A DNA stretch of 30,401 nucleotides. Origin: a virus. Lineage: Duplodnaviria; Caudoviricetes. The number at the start of each line of letters is the position of its first letter. The stretch's first letter is position 1. The notes under the pieces were generated by a model. It ran no database searches, had not been told where the DNA came from, and saw nothing but the letters and a program-made list of their open reading frames with translations. Location of the stretch: the IMG/VR virus record IMGVR_UViG_3300020044_003235, positions 1-30,401 of that record. One strand, 5' to 3'. Positions 23,701 to 30,401 of this stretch are shown one piece after another. The translations under genes were made by a program, and so were the position numbers.

Positions 23701-24702
23701 TTATTTGAACCACTCATTTTGAGCTGCAAGCATATTAGCTTGTTGTGTCTGTGGGTTAGACAGAGCACCGGCTAAGTATTGATCCTGCTGACCGTAAGCA
23801 CCTTGAGGCGTACCTCCAAAGGGGTTAGCCATGTTCGTGAATGCCCTCAACAACTGTTGGTTGCCCGCAGCACCCATCAACGATGCACCTACTGGGCTAT
23901 AAGCATTAGCAGCATTAGCATTAGTCTGAGCTTGGTACAGAGTGTTAGCAGCGTTAGTAGCACCCTGAGTAGCACGGCCACCAATGTTCACGCCTAAGTC
24001 CAGAGCATTCTGACCGGCTGCATCGATTGTCTGACCTAAGCCAAACTGAGTCTTCAGAGGGTTATAACCAGCAGTAGCCAAGTCAATACCAGTACCGAAC
24101 AAGCCTGCACCGAACTGAGTCTGAGCACGCCCTTGTTGCTGTGCTTGAGAAGCCAGTTGTAAGTCCTGCATCGCCTGAGCATTCAAGAGAGCTTGTTGTT
24201 CAGGGTTAGCAGCACCCATGCCACCGCCTTGAGCGACAGCAACACCACCACGACCTGTGTTAAACAGATTCTGAGTTAACCCTGCCTGAGCCTGATCACG
24301 GCTAGGTTGTAACAGAGCCTGCTGAGACTGCATCCACTGCTGTGCAGCAGCTTCAGGAGACTGAGCAAGGTACTGATTACCCAGATTGAATAGACCCTGT
24401 TGAGCCATCTGAGCTTGTTCAGCAGTTTGGAAACCTTGACCACCTGCCTGAGACAGCAGACGATCACGCATCATAGCAATGTCAGGAGCTACGTTGTAGC
24501 CTGCATTGGTGACGTTACCGTTAGCGTCTGTGGTAAACTGAGAAGTACCAAAGCGAGTGGTTACGCCTACGGGACGGAACTTCTGAGCTTCAGCAGCGAT
24601 ACGAGCAGCTTCTACGTTAGCAGCAGAAGCATCACGCGAAGCGTCTGCCTGCATAGAAGAACCTAAGAGGCCTAAGCCTGCACCGAGAAGAGCACCCCAC
24701 AT
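23701..24702 (-). CDS. Internal virion / ejection protein (putative)
   Basis: Starts MWGALLGAGLGLLG after GAGG; very rich in Q/A/G; synteny. Confidence 0.65.
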   Translation of the reverse strand: MWGALLGAGLGLLGSSMQADASRDASAANVEAARIAAEAQKFRPVGVTTRFGTSQFTTDANGNVTNAGYNVAPDIAMMRDRLLSQAGGQGFQTAEQAQMAQQGLFNLGNQYLAQSPEAAAQQWMQSQQALLQPSRDQAQAGLTQNLFNTGRGGVAVAQGGGMGAANPEQQALLNAQAMQDLQLASQAQQQGRAQTQFGAGLFGTGIDLATAGYNPLKTQFGLGQTIDAAGQNALDLGVNIGGRATQGATNAANTLYQAQTNANAANAYSPVGASLMGAAGNQQLLRAFTNMANPFGGTPQGAYGQQDQYLAGALSNPQTQQANMLAAQNEWFK

Positions 24703-24703
24703 A

Positions 24704-25036
24704 TTAAGCCTCTGCTTTCTTAGTGACAACGTCACGTTTAATTAAAACATTATCAATCTTATTCATATCTGTCTCGAATGTATGATGAATACAAAACCAA
24801 GTTGAATCCTCTAAGGCGAGGATGGTGTGGTTAATGCCCTTCTTGATGTTGATACAGGCAGGAGCTTCAAACACTTCGGTAACATCGTTGTCAAATAATA
24901 CTCTTACCTTCCCTTTACCAAGAACACTCAAGTGATCATATTCATGCTTGTGTTGACAGGCAATAGATCCTTTAGGTATGTCCATCTGTTTGGCGTATAA
25001 GCCATCGGAGAAATGATGAAGAGTATTATTATCCAT
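24704..25036 (-). CDS. Cupin-fold protein
   Basis: HHFSDGLY..., HKHEYDHLSVL.KG.V.V, G.NH.I.ALED..W.CIH. Start at MDNN after TAAGGA. Confidence 0.75.
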   Translation of the reverse strand: MDNNTLHHFSDGLYAKQMDIPKGSIACQHKHEYDHLSVLGKGKVRVLFDNDVTEVFEAPACINIKKGINHTILALEDSTWFCIHHTFETDMNKIDNVLIKRDVVTKKAEA

Positions 25037-25047
25037 GTGTTTCCTTA

Positions 25048-25773
25048 TTAACGCAGTTCGTGCCAAGTTGAAAAAGCATTGATGGAATAGGTCGCTCCTG
25101 TGGGAACTATTACATTACCTGCCATAGAAAAACCACCGTTGGAACATATCGTAAAACCTACTCCGTTTACTGTAGCCACGATTGCTCCGTTAGAACCACC
25201 CCAGTAAATATTAACCATAATAGGTTTGCCGGTAGTGTTTACGTAGGTTGTATTAGCAGCTCGGCTAGCCCCAACATCCTGCCATGTTTGACCTACACCA
25301 AAGTGCTGGCTGTCAGTAGTAGCAGTAGCTGCGTTAATATTCCAACTACCAGAAGCTCCTGTACCTGTCTTTGTGGGAGCATCATCGGCAATCTGAGCAG
25401 TAACAAAAGCAGTAGTGGCTACTTGCGTAGTGTTAGTATTTACAGCCGCAGTAGGAGCAACGGGAGTACCTGTTAAAGTAGGACTTGTAAGACTCTTATT
25501 GGTCAGGGTTGCAGTAGCTGTACGTTCTGCTGTAATAGCTGAATCAGTGTATGCAGTAGTAGCCAACTGTGTGCTATTAGTACCTGCCGAAGCCGTAGGA
25601 GCAGCAGGAACACCTGTGAAAGTAGGGTTAGCAATATCAGCTTTGGTTGCTACCGCTGTTGCAATGTTATTAAACTCAGTATCAATCTCAGTACCTTTGA
25701 CAATCTTTAAAGGATTACCAATGGATAAGGAGTCTTTACTGGCAAAGTTAGTTGATTTTACGTATTCTGTCAC
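25048..25773 (-). CDS. Tail fibre/needle-like structural protein
   Basis: N-terminal EIDTEFNNIATA; two copies of PT.TG.P.APTA....N.TQ.ATTA; C-terminal GVGQTWQDV...YVNTTGKPI.V typical of fibre tips. Confidence 0.75.
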   Translation of the reverse strand: MTEYVKSTNFASKDSLSIGNPLKIVKGTEIDTEFNNIATAVATKADIANPTFTGVPAAPTASAGTNSTQLATTAYTDSAITAERTATATLTNKSLTSPTLTGTPVAPTAAVNTNTTQVATTAFVTAQIADDAPTKTGTGASGSWNINAATATTDSQHFGVGQTWQDVGASRAANTTYVNTTGKPIMVNIYWGGSNGAIVATVNGVGFTICSNGGFSMAGNVIVPTGATYSINAFSTWHELR

Positions 25774-26321
25774 GATATTTCTCCATGTTTAAGGAAAGCC
25801 ACTAGAATTTCTAAATCTTCTACAGTAGCGTATGCTTTTAATCTATTCGCTTTCCACGAAATAACCTGAACATTATCTCGTGTGTAGCCCTTAGCGGAAT
25901 CAATACGATCCAGACTTGGACTTGTCTCTCTAAATCCAGCAGTGTTAAATTCAAGAGTTATCCCAAACACAGGACACTTTCCGTCAGCAGGATAAAGTTC
26001 TTTAATGTCCTCTAAAGTCAGAGTATGCTCTCTTTGCTTTAAAGCTGCTCTCTGTTTAGAAGCAGTTAACAGCATCTTCAGCCTGTACTCAAAATCTTGT
26101 CTTCGTTTGTTTTGATACTTTCTGCCGTATTCTAAAGAAGCTTCTTTATTCGCTTCCCTGCGGGTATGCTGGTACTCCTTATCACAGGAACGACAACGGT
26201 ATTGAAGACCATCCAAAGATGCTTTATTCTTGGAGAATTCAAACAATGCCTTATCTTCTTTACAAGAATTACATTGTTTTGTTGTTTCACATTTCTTTAA
26301 AAGGTCTTCAACTATTGTCAT
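25770..26321 (-). CDS. Putative free-standing HNH-type homing endonuclease with N-terminal Zn finger
   Basis: KQCNSC...DGLQYRCRSC; CPVFG; SPSLDRIDSAKGYTRDNVQVISWKAN..K. Confidence 0.8.
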   Translation of the reverse strand: MTIVEDLLKKCETTKQCNSCKEDKALFEFSKNKASLDGLQYRCRSCDKEYQHTRREANKEASLEYGRKYQNKRRQDFEYRLKMLLTASKQRAALKQREHTLTLEDIKELYPADGKCPVFGITLEFNTAGFRETSPSLDRIDSAKGYTRDNVQVISWKANRLKAYATVEDLEILVAFLKHGEIS

Positions 26322-27877
26322 TATACAATCTTCCCGTTCTTAGCCTGAATCTCGATTTTCTGGATGCTCAGAGGAATGCCATTGACATCTGCCTCGTATC
26401 CAGTCTGAATAACTTTACCTGCTCCTGTTGGATATGCAACTAAAGTCTGTAATGATGTACCAGCAGAGTAAATAGCTGTTGCTGTATTATACTCGTTTAT
26501 GCCGTAATATGCAACCCCTTGAGCAGGTATTTTTACGTTTTGAGCATAATAATTACCTGTGAAGTCATATCCCCACTTCATTGTCACATACTGATCAGCA
26601 CCACCAATGACAACCACTGATAATCTCTTGAGTACAGACGTCACCGAAGGAGCGCCTAAGTCAGTGTGGTTAGTGAAGTATTGGAATCGGTAAATATTAC
26701 CGTTGTCCAGATAACCCGTGTATTCTCCAATGTATCCAGCTTTACCAATCAACAGTTCCTTACCTCGTGTGTAGCAGAAGCTCTTAGGCTCCATGCTATC
26801 CCACATAGTCACTCGACTAGATCCATCTTGCAGTACTGTCTTCAGGTCAAAGCAGTAGACTGTCTTGAGCACTGGGCAAGTAAGCAAGTAGAAAGACTCA
26901 AAAGGACTGTAGATAGACTTGATCGTAGCAGCGGATTCACCAGCAACAGCACTCATCAAGTCATTGCGTACGTTCTTAGACAAGTCACGGAATGGAGCTG
27001 ACTTCTCTTGGATGGTTCTCAGAACACTACGAACACCTGTGTCAGACAAGAAGATAACATCTGAGCCAGTATTCTGAATGGTGTCACGAGCAATACAGCC
27101 AATACCTGTGGTAGAATCAGATAACCTGAACACCCCTGCCGATAAGACATCCTGAGCACCTGCGTACACCAAGATATTGTTCTTACCGAAGATGAACAAG
27201 AAGCCATTGTGTGCTGCAAGACCTGTAACGTTATCTGCACCGTTAGGCCACACAGAAGATACATCAATAGAGCCTGTAGAGCCTGCTGTCCACTTATGTC
27301 CAGAAAGGATGTCAGACCAGTACACTACAGCCTTCTCAGTGGACAAGTCAGCTACCCATAGACGTCCATAGGCGGACAGAACAATGTTACCTTGTGGAAC
27401 AGTACCTGTGTATCCTGACTTCTCAGAGACTCTACGATACGTAGTAGTACTTACAGTAGGGTCAAACACCAGAGGATTATGTCCAGCTTGGAAGAGGTAG
27501 ATACACTCATTCAGAGTAGCCATCTGCCAGTTACTGTCGGTAATCGTAGGAGCTGTACCGCCACCTCCGTAGGTCAGCTCAGATAGCACACCACCTGCAA
27601 GCTTAAACAACTTATTGTTACCTGCTGCAATTGTGTACTCAACACCAGCATCGGTCACTAGCTGTCCAATGGCTTCAATGTCTGCGCTACCGAGAGCCGC
27701 TAGAGTACTATGCTGTGGAACCCAACCCTTACGAGCACCGATACGTCCATACTGATCAATCACACAGTTGTTAGCCACCAGAGCAAAGCCAGAAGCTAAG
27801 TCCAGTGAGCTATCTTGAGTATTCAAACCATAGAAGCCCGGAGCAGTGATACTAAATGTTTGGATCTGTTGGCTCAT
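26321..27877 (-). CDS. Tail hub / nozzle protein (putative; P22 gp10 or T7 gp12 position)
   Basis: About 518 aa, beta-rich; PGF.GLN, GRLW, GCIARDTI, FLS..G; follows the adaptor gene. Confidence 0.7.
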   Translation of the reverse strand: MSQQIQTFSITAPGFYGLNTQDSSLDLASGFALVANNCVIDQYGRIGARKGWVPQHSTLAALGSADIEAIGQLVTDAGVEYTIAAGNNKLFKLAGGVLSELTYGGGGTAPTITDSNWQMATLNECIYLFQAGHNPLVFDPTVSTTTYRRVSEKSGYTGTVPQGNIVLSAYGRLWVADLSTEKAVVYWSDILSGHKWTAGSTGSIDVSSVWPNGADNVTGLAAHNGFLFIFGKNNILVYAGAQDVLSAGVFRLSDSTTGIGCIARDTIQNTGSDVIFLSDTGVRSVLRTIQEKSAPFRDLSKNVRNDLMSAVAGESAATIKSIYSPFESFYLLTCPVLKTVYCFDLKTVLQDGSSRVTMWDSMEPKSFCYTRGKELLIGKAGYIGEYTGYLDNGNIYRFQYFTNHTDLGAPSVTSVLKRLSVVVIGGADQYVTMKWGYDFTGNYYAQNVKIPAQGVAYYGINEYNTATAIYSAGTSLQTLVAYPTGAGKVIQTGYEADVNGIPLSIQKIEIQAKNGKIV

Positions 27878-28533
27878 ACAGCCTCCCAAGCATCTTCCTC
27901 AACAAAGCGAGAACTCTCAATAGCGATAGCATCAGCCAAGGATGCCTTATACAGACCATAGGCTTCAGAGCTGTTCAAGCCACCGTCTTCACCACGCTCA
28001 ACCAAGGCACGAGCAAATGCACCTAAGATGACAGGCTCTGAAGGAACCAGCATTGTGCTGCTGTCAGTGCTCAAGGCTAACTGAGGTACATACAGTTGAA
28101 CATTGATAGCGTAGGCAGCATCGGGCACAGGCCAGAGCATTACCTTAGCATCACCGTTGCTGTCGATACCGTTGAAGCAGTAGTAGTTAGGAGAACCCTT
28201 CTGAGGAGATCCCGTAGAACCACTCCACAAGTTATAGGTAGCTAAGGAGATTGTCTTGAGGCCAATGTAAGTGGTAGTATTGTGTAACTCACTGACCTTG
28301 TACCGTGAACCAGAGCCTGCAATGGAATACGTTGAAGTATTGTCAGCAGTGGTTACAGGAATATCAGTGATCAATGCTGACCACTTATAAGCATCCTCTA
28401 CTTGTCTCTTGGCATCATTGACCAACTTACCAATGAGCTTAGAGAGTACGTTTTCTTGGACGGTAGATACTTCTGGTTCACGTAAGCGAACGAGAACATC
28501 ATTGACCAGTTCTAGGTAAGTTGGCAATGCCAT
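27874..28533 (-). CDS. Head-tail adaptor / tail tubular protein A (putative)
   Basis: TYLELVN.VL.RLRE..., VNDAK..V, G.P.YY, LWPVPD..Y. Confidence 0.7.
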   Translation of the reverse strand: MALPTYLELVNDVLVRLREPEVSTVQENVLSKLIGKLVNDAKRQVEDAYKWSALITDIPVTTADNTSTYSIAGSGSRYKVSELHNTTTYIGLKTISLATYNLWSGSTGSPQKGSPNYYCFNGIDSNGDAKVMLWPVPDAAYAINVQLYVPQLALSTDSSTMLVPSEPVILGAFARALVERGEDGGLNSSEAYGLYKASLADAIAIESSRFVEEDAWEAV

Positions 28534-28535
28534 TA

Positions 28536-28874
28536 TTAGATTCCTTCTTTCTTGTATAATTCAAAGGTACAGATGACACTCATGGTACTCCCTGCCTCAC
28601 TCCGCGCCATAACCTTATCGTTCTCTTCTAAGACTACGTAGGCTCCTCCATCAATCCTGATATTCTCTTTAGAGCTTACAGTATTTTGATTTAGGAAGTA
28701 CACATCGGTAGCGGCACTAGAATCTGTCCAATAAGCAGTGATATGTTTAGTAGAGCCTGTCCCGTTAAACACGTACATCAAGTTCCACTTGGCAAAGTAG
28801 CCTAATGGAACCGTGTAAACAGTTGTTAACGTATCAGCTACAAGGTTTAAACCTACCGATACAGCTCGTGTCAT
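28536..28874 (-). CDS. Small beta-rich structural protein (putative)
   Basis: T.VYTVP...VVLEE.D pattern; lies in the virion module. Confidence 0.6.
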   Translation of the reverse strand: MTRAVSVGLNLVADTLTTVYTVPLGYFAKWNLMYVFNGTGSTKHITAYWTDSSAATDVYFLNQNTVSSKENIRIDGGAYVVLEENDKVMARSEAGSTMSVICTFELYKKEGI

Positions 28875-29212
28875 GCCCAGACCCTTTGAGGGTTAGAGGG
28901 CACTTCAACACTGTATGCACCTAAGATGTGATTCATAGGCCCACGGGTGTTTACGTGCCATCCTTCTAGCTCTGTAACGATAGGGTTCTCTGGGTCAGTG
29001 TTGTCTGTAACTGAGATGATCCCAATTACATCGATACTGCCTTCGTAGCCCATAAGAGCCTCTTCAGCTTCCTGTTGAGTAGGGAACTTGAGATACATAT
29101 CGCCGTAGGCAACACCCACCATAGGAGTTTCCTCGGTAGGTGTTTCCAAGCCCGCCACCGGAGCGTCTTCAATGATTTCTTCGTTCACTTCGTTATTCAC
29201 TCCGTTGGTCAT
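28871..29212 (-). CDS. Hypothetical acidic protein following the fibre gene (possible fibre chaperone)
   Basis: D.YLKF...IDVIG.I...GWHVN.R...P..P.RVWA; ATGA-coupled on both sides. Confidence 0.6.
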   Translation of the reverse strand: MTNGVNNEVNEEIIEDAPVAGLETPTEETPMVGVAYGDMYLKFPTQQEAEEALMGYEGSIDVIGIISVTDNTDPENPIVTELEGWHVNTRGPMNHILGAYSVEVPSNPQRVWA

Positions 29213-30399
29213 GATGTGATCCCTTGCAGTTCAGTGTTGGCGAGGCGGCGGTTGTAGTAAGCGATGCGTTGGATGTGCTGGCTCTGTTGCGCACCAACAC
29301 CTGCTGGGGTCTGCCCAAACAACATCCTGTCTACAAATGGAATTGTGTTCGCGGTATCAACAACCACTGCCCCTGCGTTTAGCACAAAGCCAACATCGTT
29401 CGCTGCGTATCCAAACGCCTTTTTAAACGGAACACCTGACGAAACTGAAGATCGTGCCAAATCCCAGACTGTTGCCGAAGCAGCAACACCAGTGCAGTAT
29501 TGCAATCCGTCTGCGCCTGATGAATACAGCAGCATTGAGTTTGCAGAAAACCCGTCAGAAAACGTAAGTTGCCTAGACGATGCCCCCGTCCCTACGATGC
29601 GATCGCCCTCGTAGTAAACAGAACCCTCGTCCCGCCGATACCACCGAGCAAAGTTATTCCCGATCATCGAGGCACTGTCAGCAGCCCGAGTGACTTGGGA
29701 GGCCACTGTGGGGATGTAGCTGGTGGCAAATGCTCCGGCTTCCAGTTGAGCACCCCAGAGATAGATGCCCGAGGTGCCATCTCCGGTGTAAGATGGGTTT
29801 CTCACCGCTTTTTTGCTATCTGCTAATGAAGGGGTTATTCCACTTGCCGAAGTAGAAATGGCAGGCGCAGATAACGAACAGCGATACCACCCGTTCCCAA
29901 CTGAAGTAATGGAAGCAGTCCCCGCCGATCCTACCGAGCCAATTGTTCCGTCTGATAAATCAAAAGTGGCGAAAACATTAAAACCAAAACCGCCACTACC
30001 ACCAACAAGCTGAAGAAAACGCCCAGCATTTTTTGCGTACACCGTGCCCACATATGTTACTCCAGACGTAACAGCCACGTTTTGAAACATATTGTGCGTG
30101 TTTGTGGCTGTCGTCTCATAAAATAGATCAGCAGTCGTTCTTCCATCCGGAGCAATTGCGGCGTCCTGCGTAATTGTTGTGTTGGCTTTTGTCCAAGCAG
30201 CATTGTCGAATTGTTCACTGTACGTAAACAAGTTCGTCCGCTGCTCCTCGATCAGCAAGCCCTTGGGAGCCAGCGTCACAGGGTCATAGTCAAACCGTGG
30301 GCCGTAGTAGGCCGTAGACGTTGGAGCCGCCACAGGCTGGTAGACGTAGGGATCAACAGAGGCTGAGTCGGACAGTTGAGCACCGAAGATGTAGATGCC
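29209..30399 (-). CDS. Tail fibre / carbohydrate-binding virion protein, 5'-truncated
   Basis: Frame is open to the window edge (GIYIFGAQLSDS...). Motifs PRFDYDP..GLLIEEQRTNL..SE.F, GNGWYRC, WGAQLE.G.FATSYIPT, and a lectin-like C-terminal domain. Confidence 0.8.
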   Translation of the reverse strand, partial: GIYIFGAQLSDSASVDPYVYQPVAAPTSTAYYGPRFDYDPVTLAPKGLLIEEQRTNLFTYSEQFDNAAWTKANTTITQDAAIAPDGRTTADLFYETTATNTHNMFQNVAVTSGVTYVGTVYAKNAGRFLQLVGGSGGFGFNVFATFDLSDGTIGSVGSAGTASITSVGNGWYRCSLSAPAISTSASGITPSLADSKKAVRNPSYTGDGTSGIYLWGAQLEAGAFATSYIPTVASQVTRAADSASMIGNNFARWYRRDEGSVYYEGDRIVGTGASSRQLTFSDGFSANSMLLYSSGADGLQYCTGVAASATVWDLARSSVSSGVPFKKAFGYAANDVGFVLNAGAVVVDTANTIPFVDRMLFGQTPAGVGAQQSQHIQRIAYYNRRLANTELQGITS

Positions 30400-30401
30400 A
30401 C

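Noticed and set aside
29209-30401. Diversity-generating retroelement target in the fibre gene
   Set aside because: No reverse transcriptase and no template/variable repeat pair visible in this window.

Overview
About 30 kb of a lytic, podovirus-type dsDNA phage genome with two convergent arms that meet at a hairpin terminator (18726-18757). The + arm (about 337-18719) holds many small early genes, then a T7-like replication and nucleotide-metabolism module: primase-helicase, family A DNA polymerase (Tyr at the 762-equivalent position), tRNA-Leu(UAA), SSB, 5'-3' exonuclease, endonuclease I, ThyX, MazG-like protein, metallophosphoesterase, DUF3310, class I RNR (nrdB-nrdA), glutaredoxin, PhoH and a ClpP-like protease. 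No phage RNA polymerase is visible. The - arm holds tail, internal-virion and lysis genes and is cut off at the right edge inside a tail-fibre-like gene. This layout resembles SIO1/Zobellviridae-type phages (inference). The most striking signal is the 330-bp leader. It has three NtrC-type enhancer sites in helical phase, three perfect co-oriented DnaA boxes and an exact sigma-54 (-24/-12) promoter in front of the early operon, which suggests early expression reads host nitrogen status and DnaA. Other notable items are a polymerase split into two ORFs by an HNH endonuclease with no room for an intron, a tRNA with a swapped A54/U58 T-loop, a structured RNA leader before ssb, an acidic DNA-mimic candidate, a palindrome-dense AT-rich region and an NrdB with atypical metal-ligand spacing. 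All calls come from reading the sequence by eye; no searches were run.
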